Assembly (NCBI GenBank): GCA_963741205.1
Contig: CAVUHW010000010.1
Span: 96,558-160,557, forward strand
Reading direction: 5' to 3'
Source: Nitrospirota bacterium
GTDB taxonomy: Bacteria > Nitrospirota > UBA9217
DNA: 64,000 nt
A program made the position numbers and the translations under genes. Positions 20,175-31,440 of this stretch are shown here, piece by piece; within the stretch, counting starts at the first letter, position 1, and every line of letters begins with the position of its first letter. The notes beneath the pieces were generated by a model that saw only the letters and a program-made list of their open reading frames with translations, was not told the DNA's origin and ran no database searches.

Positions 20175-21236
20175 CTAGGCCCGGCGGCGAAAACCGGCGT
20201 CGTCGAAGGCCGGATCGAGCGGGCTGGGCGCGAGGCCGGTCTCGGGGAACTCGAGCCAGTCCCAGCCCGACGGCGCGATGTCGTTCGGCGTGTCGGGATG
20301 GAACAGCGCGGCCAGGCACTGGATCTGGCCGCGGCCGACGCCGAGCTCGGACTGCCCGCCGCCGTAGAGCGCGATCCCGCCGGCCTCGCAGTGGTCGTAG
20401 AAGTCCAGCAGCGCGCGCAGCGGCCCGAAGCGCGACGGCTTGCAGTTCAGCGTGCGCGGCGCGAACGGCAGCTTCTCGACATCGGCGACCGAGTGGATCG
20501 GCGCGTCCCAGGTGATGCGGTCGCGGTACGGGGCGAGCACGGCCGCGGCGTCGGGCGGTCCGAGATCCGGATCCTCCAGCCAGGCCTCGGGGAACGCCTG
20601 GGCAACCCGCTGGTACAGACCCGCGTCCGTCGGGACGTCGACCGGCGTGCCCTTGTAGGCGCCCTTGAAGTCGATCGAGGCGACCGCGCCGGTGCCGGCC
20701 AGGTGCTCGAGCAGCACCTCGTCCCAGTCGGGCGTCGCGTCGAGCTTGAAGCGCGTCCCGGGGTAGCGGGCCAGGCGGCGGTCGACGCCGTCGGTGCTCG
20801 GCGGCTCGCCGAGCCGCAGCGACACGACGAACGTGACCGGCTCCGGCGGGCGGCCGAGCGCCTCGTCGAGCGAGCGGCCCGCCTGGCGCAGCGCGAGATC
20901 GAGCGCCGCGCTCTCCACGCCCCAGCGGCGGTAGTTGCGGTAGACCTCGAAGCCGGGCGCGCCGGCCGGGAACAGGTCGAGCTCGTCGAGGTGGCGCGAG
21001 AAGGAGTCGAGCGTCCACGATCCGGCGAGCGGCAGCTCCGGCCCGAGCTGGAGCTGGGCGGCCTGGACCTCCGGGTCGTAGACGACGTCCTCGCCCAGGC
21101 CCTCGTGCCCGGCGCCGTGCAGGTGGAAGATCGTCGTGCGGCGCTCGAACTCCGCGCTGAACCGCCGGCTGAGGCCCTCCAGCTCGTAGCGCTCGATCTC
21201 GAGCGGAAGGTCGGCGACGCGCTCGTAGGTGCCCAT
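20175..21236 (-). CDS. Enolase-superfamily-like protein of unknown function
   Basis: GLGED, ESAALDLAL, FKLD, EDP, WDAP, KPSRFG. Confidence 0.7.
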   Translation of the reverse strand: MGTYERVADLPLEIERYELEGLSRRFSAEFERRTTIFHLHGAGHEGLGEDVVYDPEVQAAQLQLGPELPLAGSWTLDSFSRHLDELDLFPAGAPGFEVYRNYRRWGVESAALDLALRQAGRSLDEALGRPPEPVTFVVSLRLGEPPSTDGVDRRLARYPGTRFKLDATPDWDEVLLEHLAGTGAVASIDFKGAYKGTPVDVPTDAGLYQRVAQAFPEAWLEDPDLGPPDAAAVLAPYRDRITWDAPIHSVADVEKLPFAPRTLNCKPSRFGPLRALLDFYDHCEAGGIALYGGGQSELGVGRGQIQCLAALFHPDTPNDIAPSGWDWLEFPETGLAPSPLDPAFDDAGFRRRA

Positions 21237-21289
21237 CCGGCGCCGCAGTGTACGCACCGCCGCCGCCCGGCCAGCCACCATGTCGCGTC

Positions 21290-23510
21290 GTGACCGAGGC
21301 CCTGCGCTTCCTGGCGATCGCCGAGCTGATCGGGCTGGCGGCGCTGCCGCTGGCGGCCACCGTGCTCGGGCGCCTGCCCGGCGCGGGGCTCGGCTTCGCC
21401 AAGCCGCTCGGCCTGCTGCTCGTGACGTGGCTGGTGTGGATCGGCGGCAGCCTCGACGTCGTCCCGTACACCACGGCCTCGGCGATCGTGGCGATCGTCG
21501 TCGTGGCCGGCGCCGGCCTGGTCTGCGCGCTGGGGCTGCGGCGCGGGCCGCCGAGGCAGCGCTGGTGGCGCGCACCGCGCCCGGCGCCCGAGCCGCCCGC
21601 GCCCGACCCGTTCCGGTGGTCGCTGCTGATCGGCGCCGAGGTCGTCTTCGTCGTGACGTTCTGCGCGATGGCGCTGCTCGTCGCCTACTCGCCCGACGTC
21701 TGGAACACCGAGAAGCCGATGGACATGGGCTTCGTCAACGCGCTCAACCAGAGCCGCTCGTTCCCGCCGCACGACCCGTGGCTGGCCGGCGCCGACCTCA
21801 ACTACTACTACTTCGGCCACCTGGTGATGGCGATCCTCGTGCGCCTCACCGACGTCGAGCCCAGCCGCGGCTACAACGTCTCGATCGCGCTGCTGTTCGC
21901 GCTCACCGCGTCGGCGGTGTTCACGCTCGCCGGCACGCTGTGGGCGGCGCTGCGCGGGGCGCTCGAGCAGTTGCGGCGCTCGCCGGTGATCGTCGGCCTG
22001 GTGGCGGTCGTGGCGGTGCTCGTGCTCGGCAACCTGGCGGGCGGGCGCGAGCTGCTCCAGACGGCCGACCCGCCGCACGGCTACGACTGGTTCGCCCCGT
22101 CGCGCGTCGTGCCGGGGACGATCAACGAGTTCCCCTGGTTCTCGTTCCTGCTCGCCGACCTGCACGCGCACGTGCTGGCGCTGCCGTTCACGCTGCTGGC
22201 CACGGCGTTCTCCGTCCAGGTCGCGTTGTTCGGGCCGCGCGCCCGGCCGCGGCTGCGGGCGCTGCTGGAGACGCTCGTCGCCGGCATCTCGCTCGGGACG
22301 CTCTACGCGATCAACTCGTGGTCGTATCCGGTGATGGCGGGCGTGTTCGCGGCCGCGCTCGTCCTCTGGCTGCGTGATCCGGCCGCGGAGGGGGAGGAGC
22401 TGCGCTCGGTGCGCTGGGGGCTGCTCGTGCTCGCGTTGAGCATCGTCCTCGTGCTTCCGTTCCACCTCTCGTTCGATCCGGCGGCCGACGGCCTCGGGCT
22501 CGTCTCGGACCGCCGCGCGCTGGGCGACTTCGTGTCGGACCAGGCGCTGCTCTACGGGCTGTTCGCGGCGCTCGTGGCGATCGCCTACGCCGGCCGGGTG
22601 GCCGGCAGCGCGAAGCCGTGGCGCAACGTGATCTGGCTCGGCGTGCTGCTGATCGTCGGCGGCTCGCTGCTGGCGCCGGTCGACGACCTGGCCGGCGTGT
22701 GGGGGCTGGCGCTCCTGCTCGCGGTGGCGATCCACGCCGCGCTGAGCCGCCGCCTGACCGGGGCCGAGCGCGTGCTGTGGCTGCTCATCGCCTGCGGGCT
22801 GGGCTGCGTGCTGCTGCCCGAGGTCGTCTACGTCCGCGACGCGTTCGACGGCTCCGACCTCGAGCGCATGAACACGGTCTTCAAGTTCGGCTACCACGCC
22901 TGGCTGTTCCTCGGGGTGGCCGGCACGCTGGCCCTGTTCGCCGCGGTCGCCTGGGTGCCGCGCTGGCTGCGGCTGGGCTGGCGGATCGCGCTCGTGCCGC
23001 TCGTGCTGCTGGCGCTCGCGTATCCCTGGGCGGGGACCTACGCGCGCAAGGACGGCTTCAAGGCCTCGCCGACGCTCGACGGCCTGGGCTGGCTGCGGAC
23101 GACCGCGCCGGGCGACGTCGGAGGCGATCGCCTGGCTGCGCGCGAACGCGCCGGGCGACGCGGTGGTGCTCGAGGCCGCGGGACCCGACTACTCGCCGTT
23201 CGGCCACGCCCGGATCTCGACGTTCACGGGACTGCAGACCGTGATCGGCTGGGGCGGCCACGAGGTGCAGTGGGAGCACAACCCGGGCGACCGCATGCAG
23301 CAGGTCGCCGCCGCCTACAAGACGACCGATCCGCAGGCCGCGCGGGCGTTCATCGACAAGTACGGCGTCGACTACGTGGTCGTCGGGCCGCTCGAGCGCA
23401 CCGAGTACGGCGACGCCGGCGTCGCCAAGTGGGACACGCTGGGCCGGCGCGTGTTCGACCGCGACGGCACGATCGTCTGGGACGTTCGTCAGGCGCCCGG
23501 GCGCTCGTAG
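21290..23510 (+). CDS. DUF2298 / 'YYY' membrane protein (GT-C-like); frameshift near 23125
   Basis: EKPMD, PPHDPW..G..LNYYYFGH, TINEFP, DLHAH, RMNTVFKF. Confidence 0.88.
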
Positions 23511-25088
23511 AGCCACTCGGGCATGCCGCCCGTGGGGTTCCACACTTCCCGCTTGAGCAGCCAGCGGGCCCAGTTGCCCGGCGACATGGCGCCGTAGTCG
23601 CGCACCCACCAGACGCGGAACGGGAACTCGCGCGCCGCGCAGACCCTGGAGCGCCGTGGTCTGGGCCTGGCGCGAGGCGTCGGTGAGGATGACGCGCGGC
23701 CGTCTGGGGCGTGATCGCGGTCCCGGGGGCGCTCAGGTCCACGTAGCTGGCCTGGAGGTGGCGGAAGTACCAGGCCCACGGGAACGTCGCCCCGTCCGCG
23801 GTGTCGATGACGATCGGGAACGGCCGCCCGTCGCGCCCGGCGGCCTTGGCCTGGGCCTCGACGTGCTGGGCGACGCGCTTGACCTCCTCCGAGGACTGCG
23901 TGGAGACGAGCAGCTCGCGCGGGTCGGCGCGGTGCAGCGCGTTGACGTTGAGGCTGGCGAAGATCACGTAGGCCGCGCACGCCGCCGCGGCGGCGAGCCC
24001 GAGCTTTCCGCCGAGCCGGTCGCGCGCGTCCCAGATCGTCTGGAAGCCGAGGCCCGCCAGCAGGATCAGCGGCAGCAGCGGGTGCATCACCAGCCAGGCG
24101 AACTTCTCGCTCGCCCACGAGTAGACGGCCAGCGAGAGCACGAACGCCCAGATCAGGAACACGCGCAGCGGCGTCGGGCGCCGGAGCGCGAACACGGCCC
24201 CGATCGCCCCGAGCAGGAGCACGGGCCACTCCACGCCGAAGAGCACGACGACGTAGAAGCCCCGCGGCTCGCCGCCGCGCCCGACGTCCTGCTGGCCGAG
24301 CCAGTAGCTCAGGCCGTCGTGGATGCCGTCCCAGAGCCCCGCCGGGTGCGTGAGGAACGTGGTGAAGAGGATCGTGAAGACGGCGGCGAACGCCGCGAGC
24401 GCCCACGCCCACGCTTCCCAGCCGACGCTCGTGACCGGCCGCAGCAGCTTCGGGCGCTGCTTCGGGATCGCCAGCCAGCCGAGGAAGAACGTGCCGGCCA
24501 CGAATACGGTGATGAACGTCGACTCCTTGGTGGCGAAGGAGAGCGCGAGCAGCCCGCCGATCAGCGCCGGCTGATGGCGGCGCGGGCGGTCGAGGAAGCG
24601 GAATACCACCACCAGCAGCGCGAGCGTGATGCACGCGATGTAGATGTCCTCACGGGCGAAGCGGCTGAAGTACAGGTACGTCGGCCCGACGGCGAGCAGC
24701 GCGCCGGCCGTGAACGCGGCGACGCGGCCGAGCACGCCGCGCAGCAGCCAGCAGAGCGCGACCATCCCGGTGCCCATCAGCGCCGGCGCCAGGCGCGCCG
24801 TGAAGTCCGAGTCGCCGAACAGCACGTACATCAGCGCGGTCAGGTAGAAGCGGAACGGGCCGTGCAGGAGCGGCATGTAGTGGTAGTCGCCGGCGCGGAA
24901 GATCCAGGAGAAGTAGGCGTCCTGGCTCTCGTCGTGGTGGAACGGGCGGTCGCCGAGGTCGATCAGGCGCAGCGCCAGCGCGAGCGCGACCAGCGCGACC
25001 CACGCGAGGACCTCCCAGCGGGTGCTGCGCGCGCGCTGCGCTCGTGCGGCGGTCGCCGCCGGCGGCGGGGCGACCCGGCCGCGCTCAC
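23489..25088 (-). CDS. TIGR03663/Agl23-like GT-C (PMT-like) membrane protein; frameshifted
   Basis: RPFHHDESQDAYFSW, PLLHGPF, SRFAREDI, TKE, SEK. Confidence 0.82.
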
Positions 25089-26070
25089 GCGCGGGCCTCC
25101 GTGCGCGCGGCCCGCAGCCGGGCGAGGCCGCCGTAGCGGGCGGCGAGCAGCACGAAGCCGAGCAGCGTGATCGGGACGACGATGACGAAGCGGAGCAGCA
25201 CGATGTAGGAGACCGCGACGCTGCCGGAACCGCCGAGCGCCTTGATGCCGACGGCGACGGCCGTGTCCTGGGTCCCCGCGTAGCCGGGGCCCGACGGAAT
25301 CATGGAGAAGATGCTGGCCAGCGCGACGAGGTAGAGGCCCTCGACGAAGTCCATGCGGGAAGCCGGCGGCGCCGCCGACGGCGATCCAGACGCCGGCCTC
25401 GGTGGCCCAGACGAGCACGCGTCATGGCGAGCAGCAGCAGGCCGTGGTGCGCGCGGCGCAGCCCGAGCGTGGCCGACGCGAGCGGCGCGACGAAGGCGTG
25501 CAGGCGCTCGTTGCGGCGCACCAGCAGGTAGGCGCCGAACGCCCCGGCGATCAGCACGACGGTGACGATGCCGATCGACCTCGACGCTGCCGTTGCCGAC
25601 CTCGCCGAGCACCGCGTAGCCGACGATCACGAAGATCGCCAGGATGACCGTCACGTCGAGCACGCGCTCGGCGACCAGCGTGCCGACGACCGTGCGCGTG
25701 CTCGTCTCGGCCCGCGGCGCCATCAGCACGGCACGGAACGCGTCGCCCGCGCGCGCCGGCAGCACGTTGTTGCCCATGTAGCCGACGACGTTGAGGCACT
25801 GCGAGTCGGCTCGGTGCGGGCGGGCGCCCTCGTCCTCGAGCAGCCGCTGCCAGCGCTCGCCGCGCACGAGGGTGGCGAACGCGTAGAGCAGCGACCGCAG
25901 CCCGAGGTCGGCCACATTCGCCCACCGTGTCCGGGAACTTCGGCGGCTCCTGGTGCAGCGCCCACCAGACCACTCCGGCGAGCGCGACCGCCGAGACCGC
26001 GAGGCCCAGCCAGGTGGCGCGTGGGAGCGCGCGCAGGCCGGGGCCGGCCGGCGGGCGCTCGGGCGGGAGG
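25085..26070 (-). CDS. Lysylphosphatidylglycerol synthase TM / flippase-like protein; frameshifted, start uncertain
   Basis: RWQRLL, NNVLPARAGD, ERVLD, IPSGPGYAGT. Confidence 0.82.
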
Positions 26071-26223
26071 TCAGGCGTCGGCGTCGGAGTGCTGGTCGGT
26101 GTCGCCAAGCGGGGAGTCGTCGTCCTTGTCGGGCGTGGGCGGCGGCGAGTCCTTGGAGCCGCCGGAGCCGCCTTCGGCCCCGGTCTCGTCGGACTCGTCC
26201 TCGCGCGGGTCGCTCTCGCTCAC
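26071..26223 (-). CDS. Small acidic 50-aa protein (not in ORF track)
   Basis: AAGGAG RBS then GTG; MSESDPREDESDE...PLGDTDQHSDADA*. Confidence 0.6.
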   Translation of the reverse strand: MSESDPREDESDETGAEGGSGGSKDSPPPTPDKDDDSPLGDTDQHSDADA

Positions 26224-26279
26224 GTGTGGGGCTCCTTCTCGGGGTCGGCCGAGACAGCGTAGGAGACGGAGGTGCGGCG

Positions 26280-26348
26280 CCGCTTCGCTCCGCCCGGCCC
26301 CTCGGCCTCGCCCCCGCCCGGCCCCTCAGCTTCGCGCCCGCCCGGCCC
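26280..26348. repeat. Three imperfect direct repeats of about 24 bp in a divergent intergenic region
   Basis: GC(T/C)TCGC..CCGCCCGGCCC occurs three times. Confidence 0.55.
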
Positions 26349-26367
26349 GGGTAGGCGCCGCTTTCGG

Positions 26368-27330
26368 ATGGAGCCCCACCACCACGAGCCTCCCGTTCCG
26401 CTCGCCGTCGCGCTGAGCTTCGTCGTCGGCGTGGGCGTCGCCGTGCAGGCGTTCTGCAACGGGCGGCTGGCCAAGGAGCTCGGCTCGCTGGAGATCGCGG
26501 GCCTGGCCAACATGGTCACGGGCGGCGCTCTGCTCGTGACGCTCGCGGCAGCGGGCGGCGCCCTGCGACGGGCGCTGCTCCGGGTCCGGGCAGGCGCGCG
26601 GGTTGCGCTGGTGGATGTTCGTCGGCGGCTTCTCGGGCGCGCTGGTGGTGATCGTGACGACGAAGGCCGCGCCGGAGATCGGCGTGGCGCTGATGACGGT
26701 CGCGATCGTCTGCGGCCAGTCCGGCGGCTCGCTGCTCGTCGACCGGGTCGGGCTCAGCCCGGCCGGGCACCAGCCGGTCTCCGCGCCGCGGCTGGTCGGG
26801 GTCGCGCTGGCGATCGCCGCCGTCGTCGTCGGCGGGCTCTCCGCCCGCACCGAGCCGAAGCCGGTCCTGCTCGGGCTCCTCGTGTTCGCGGGCTTCTGCT
26901 TCGCCGGCCAGCAGGCGGTCAACGCGCGGTTGGGCCGCACGACCGGGGAGCCGCTGGTCGCGGCCACCGTGAACTTCGCCGTCGGCGGGGCCGTGCTGAC
27001 CGCCGTCACGCTGATCGTGGTCGGCGGCGGGCCGCCCAACGGCTGGGGCGCGCCGCCGCTGGACTGGATCGGCGGCCTGCTGGGCGCGGCGTTCGTGATC
27101 GTCTCGGCGCTGGTGGTGCCGGTGATCGGGGTGCTGCGGCTGACCTTGGCCGCGGTCGCGGGCCAGTCGGCGGGGGCGCTGGTGCTGGATGTGGTCTCGC
27201 CGGCGCCGGGGGAGGCTGTGACGGTGGGCACCGTGGTGGGGGTGGGGTTGGCTCTGGCCGCTGTGGCGGTGAGTGGGCGGTCGTCCGTGCTGCCGCGGTG
27301 GCTGCGCCGGCGTCAACGGCGGCTGGGTAA
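26368..27330 (+). CDS. Duplicated DMT-family (YdcZ/DUF606-like) transporter; frameshifted, end uncertain
   Basis: Two repeats: Q...NGRL / QQAVNARLG, GG..GA, GQ...L..D. Confidence 0.8.
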   Translation: MEPHHHEPPVPLAVALSFVVGVGVAVQAFCNGRLAKELGSLEIAGLANMVTGGALLVTLAAAGGALRRALLRVRAGARVALVDVRRRLLGRAGGDRDDEGRAGDRRGADDGRDRLRPVRRLAARRPGRAQPGRAPAGLRAAAGRGRAGDRRRRRRRALRPHRAEAGPARAPRVRGLLLRRPAGGQRAVGPHDRGAAGRGHRELRRRRGRADRRHADRGRRRAAQRLGRAAAGLDRRPAGRGVRDRLGAGGAGDRGAAADLGRGRGPVGGGAGAGCGLAGAGGGCDGGHRGGGGVGSGRCGGEWAVVRAAAVAAPASTAAG

Positions 27331-27507
27331 GGAGGGCGTCCCGGAACGCGGAGTCACTCCACCGCGGTACGCTAGGGGCCCTATTTGGACCCCTATCGAC
27401 CGCAGTGCCGCCAAAGCGGTGGGCTGGAGCGTTCCAACCGGGTTCGAACCCTCCCGCGGGGACCGGCGGCTGGACGGATGCCGGAACCTGCTGTACCTTC
27501 GAACGAG

Positions 27508-27633
27508 ATGGCCTACCGCTCCGACTTCCGGCGTACCCTCAAGCCCGCCCTCGCTGCGGGTTTCGCGTCGCACGTGATGGAGCGGGAGCTCATGGGCCAG
27601 ACGACGATCGCCGTCAACCCGCCCGGCGCCTAG
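27508..27633 (+). CDS. Small 41-aa hypothetical protein
   Basis: MAYRSDFRRTLKPALAAG...; ends 17 nt before the next gene. Confidence 0.45.
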   Translation: MAYRSDFRRTLKPALAAGFASHVMERELMGQTTIAVNPPGA

Positions 27634-27650
27634 CGGACAGGACCAGAGCC

Positions 27651-28691
27651 ATGGCCCCGTCCGCGCAGACCGCGGGCGGGCGCCGGATCAGGCGCTGGAC
27701 CCGCGACACCATCATCGACAAGATCCGCGAGTGGGAGGCCCGCTACGGCGAGCCCCCGTGCTCGGCCGACTGGAACCCCTCGCTGGCGCGCTGGCGTGCC
27801 CAGGAGTGGCGCATCGAGCGCTACCAGGAGGGTGTCTGGCCGTCGACCAACGCGGTGAAGCGCCCGTTCGGCGGGAGCTTCGACGCGGCCGTGCGCGAGG
27901 CCGGCTTCGTGCCCGCGCGCCCCGGCCCGCGGCGCGCCGCCGGGCTGGCCCGGCCCGCCGTGGACCAGCGCGAGCCGCTGGCGCCGCGCGAGCCGGGCGA
28001 CGAGCCCGGGGCCGAGCAGGCTCGGCTCGCCGAGGCGCGCGTCGCCGCGCTGGAGCGCCGCCTGGCCGCGGCCGAGCGCCGCGCCGAGCGCGCCGAGGCA
28101 CAGGTCGCCGACGCTCGCCGCCGCGCGCGCCGGGCCAACGAGCAGGCCGGCCGGGCCCGCCGGGCGCGCGAGCGCAGCCGGGCGACCGAGCGCGAGCTGC
28201 GGGCGACCACAACCGAAGCGATCGAGCGCATCGCGATCGACGCCGAGGCGCGCGTGCGCGCCACGACCGACCAGGCCGAGGCGGCCTCCCGCGACGCGAC
28301 CGAGGCCCGCCGGGCCGCCCGCTCCGCCGAGGCGCGCGCGGCCGAGGCCGAGGTGCGCGCCGAGGCGGCCGAGCGGCTGGAGGCGGTGGCGCGCGCGGAG
28401 CTGGCGTCCGAGGGCGCAGGCGCGGCGCAGGCCGCGGCGAAGGCCGCCGAGCGGCGTGCCGCGACCGCGGAGCGCACCGCGCGCGAGCTGGCGACGCTGG
28501 TGTGCGGCGAGCCGCGCCGGCTGACGCCCGACGAGCTCGACGTGCTGCGCGTCGGCGGTCCCTCGGGGCCGGCGGTCCTGGCGCGAGCGCTCAAGGAGCT
28601 CGGGCGGGCGCGCGCGGTCGGCAACGGCGAGCTCGTCGCCGCGCTGACCGAGGTCGCGTCGGCCGCGATCAGGTGGCGGGACCGGCTGTAG
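27651..28691 (+). CDS. Protein with homing-endonuclease-associated-repeat-like N-domain and long coiled coil
   Basis: WTRDTIIDKIREW...GEPP...WPS...FGGSFDAAVREAG followed by Ala/Glu/Arg heptads. Confidence 0.7.
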   Translation: MAPSAQTAGGRRIRRWTRDTIIDKIREWEARYGEPPCSADWNPSLARWRAQEWRIERYQEGVWPSTNAVKRPFGGSFDAAVREAGFVPARPGPRRAAGLARPAVDQREPLAPREPGDEPGAEQARLAEARVAALERRLAAAERRAERAEAQVADARRRARRANEQAGRARRARERSRATERELRATTTEAIERIAIDAEARVRATTDQAEAASRDATEARRAARSAEARAAEAEVRAEAAERLEAVARAELASEGAGAAQAAAKAAERRAATAERTARELATLVCGEPRRLTPDELDVLRVGGPSGPAVLARALKELGRARAVGNGELVAALTEVASAAIRWRDRL

Positions 28692-28791
28692 CGGCCGGTC
28701 CCGCTCGCCGCACGGCCGCGGACTGTGCGGCCTCACGGGCGATGGCCCCAGCGTCGCGGGACTGTGCGGCCCCGCGGCCGCACGGGACTGA

Positions 28792-31310
28792 TCAGACCTT
28801 CACGGTGAGGCGCTTGGTGCGCTTGGCGCCCTTGGAGTCGCGCAGCGTCAGCGTCAGCCGGTAGCGGCCGCGCGCCAGCCGGCGCACGAGCTTGAGCGTG
28901 ACGCGCCCGGTGCGCGGCAGCTTGCCGCTCGCGCGCGCATACAGGCGGCTGGACCTGGTCAGCCGGGCGCTGACGCGGCGGACGGCCGTCGCCCGGCGCA
29001 GCGTGCAGCGCACGGTCCGCTTGCGCCCGCTTCCGGTCCGCTTGCAGCTCACCGTGACGTCCTTGAGCGTCAGCGGCTTCGGCTGGCCCGGATTCACCGG
29101 CGGCTGCTGCGCCGGCGGCGCCGTCGTGAACGCGCGGTCCGGGCCCGGCCAGCCGCGCGCCGCCGCGGATCGTGACGAGCCGGTAGTGGTAGGTCGTGCC
29201 GGGCGCCAGGCCGCTGAGCGCCGAGCTGGCACCGACCGCCGCGTTGCCCGCCCCGATCGAGGCGGCCGGGGTCGCCGAGCCGTACGCCGCGGTCGTGCCG
29301 TACTCGAACTGGTAGGAGCTCGCAGTCCCGCACGGGTCTGAGGCGCCGTGGAGCGTCGCGCCGGTCGTCGTCACGCCGTCGGCGACGCCGGTGTCCGCGG
29401 GGGGCGTCGCCGAGCGGTTGCCCGCGACCGCCGCCGCGGCGTCGAGCCGGCGGCCCGTCACCGTCACGCCGCTCAGGCTCGCCAGCTGGCGCGCCGTTCC
29501 CCAAGAGGTCGCACCGTACTGAGGCGACGCTGGCGTTCGGGCGCGCCGCCCAGATCAGCGCGGCAGTGCCGGCGACGTGCGGCGCCGCCATCGACGTGCC
29601 GTCGAGCGCCTCGTAGCCTCGCCGCCGGGCTTGAAGCAGCGGATGTCCACGTCGTCGACGTAGCGCCGTCGGCGACCTTCGGCGCCGTAGCTCGACCGAG
29701 CCAGACGGAGTTGGCGAGCAGGTTGAAGCGCAGGTGCGGCCTGCAGCCGTCGGCGTCGAGGTAGGTGCGCAGGGGCACGAAGGCTCGTGCCGCCCGTAGC
29801 GTCTTGCCGCGCCACGTGTCCTGCTCGTAGTAGGTGAAGCCGGCGCCGAATCGGTCATCACGCGCAGCAGATCCCCGCGGTCGTTTGGCTTGCCGCTGGT
29901 CGGTCCGACGGTGTCGAGCTTCAGCTGGTAGTCGACGGTGCAGCCGAGCCCTGCCGCTGAAGTCGAACTTGGCGAGCATCCGGCGGGGTGATCAGGTCGT
30001 TGTTCTGCGTTCGCGGGATAGGGGACGGGTTGCCGATGGAGTCGATGTCGGGCGAATCCGGTGGCCGAGCGGCCGTTGGGCTCCACCGACAGCCGGTGGT
30101 CGCTGCAGCTCCCAGATCGTCGTGTCTCCAGTCGGCGAGCGGGTTGGCGCCCTCGAAGTTCCAGTAGGCGGCGTGAGCCGGTTGCGGGACGATCTCGACG
30201 TCGGGCGGTACGCGCTCTCGCCGGGCTGGGTGGAGAGGATCGCCTGCCCGGGCGCGCCGAGATCGACGGAGGTGGCGCCGAAGTTCGAGAAGCCCGGCGA
30301 GCCGCTCGGTCGTCGTGCGTGGCGGCCACGCAGATCAGGTTCGGGGCGTCGACGTTGCACGGGCGCCTGGGGGTCGGCGGTCGTTGTCGCTCGCGCCGTT
30401 GCCGGCCGCGACGACGTAGAGCGTGCCGGGTGCGACGTGATCGCCTGCGCGACCGCCGGATCGACGCCCGCGCCGCTGATCGACACGTTGGCCACCTGGG
30501 CGCCGATGTCGCCTGCGTAGTCCAGGCCGTCGGCGAGGTCGTCGGAGGTGCCCTCGCCGTGGCCGTCGAGGACACGCACCGAGCACGAGCTTGCTGTGCC
30601 AGGCTCACGCCCGCGACGCCGATATCGTTGTTGCCCTCGGCAGCGATGGTGCCCGCCACGTGCGTTCCGTGGCCGTCGAGGTCGCGCGGCTCGTCGATCG
30701 GGTCGAAGCCGTCGGCCGTCGGGATCGCCGTCGAGGAAGCCTCATTGACGAAGTCGCGGCCGCGCTGCGGTGTCGATGTTGGCGGCCGAGGTCGGGATGG
30801 TCGTACGCGATCCCGGTGTCGACGACCGCGACGGTGACGGACGGGGAGCCGGTCGTGTGCGCCCACGCCGCAGGCGCGCCGATCTTCGCGAGTCCCCAGA
30901 GCTGACCGCGTGAGCGGGTCCGGGCGCCACGGCGGCCGCCCGGTAGATGATGTTCGGCTGCGCGAATCGGACGTCCGGGTCGGCCTCCAGCCGGCGGATG
31001 GCCTCGTCGACGGTGGTGCCGGGCTCGACGCTCAGCCGCTGCAGGCCCGGCTGGCGCAGCGCCTCCTCGACGCGCGTTCCGGCGGCGTCGCGCACGTCGG
31101 CGCGCTCGGCGCCGCTCGTTCCGGAGTCGAACTGCACGATGACCTCGCCGGGCACGGTGTCGGTCCGCAGGCTGCTGCAACTGTGCGGGCGCGGAGGCGG
31201 CTCCGATCAGCGACACCGCGGCGGCTGCGAGCACGGCGACGCCCGCGCGCCTTGCGCGCGCGTAATCGTGGTGCCGTTTGCGCACCGCCGTCGCCGTCAT
31301 CGGAATCATC
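28792..31310 (-). CDS. Secreted S8 subtilisin-like serine peptidase with C-terminal beta domains; many frameshifts
   Basis: VAVVDTG, GHGTHVAG, AAGN and GTSMAAPHVAG spread across frames. Confidence 0.85.
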
Positions 31311-31440
31311 ACCGAGCCAGAGCCACCGTAATGGGAACACGGTGGCCCGGCAAGCGGACCGGTAAGCCGCGTCTCACTGGTTGGTATACCCGACCGGCGG
31401 GCGGCCGTTCCGCGCAGCACCGAGGCTTTACGGTTCGCAT

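Noticed and set aside
27436-27456. tRNA, from a GGTTCGAACC T-loop-like motif
   Set aside because: No 5-bp T stem, acceptor stem or anticodon arm can be built
28700-28790. MITE or REP element from repeated GGACTGTGCGGCC
   Set aside because: Only local copies between convergent genes; more simply a terminator-like hairpin region
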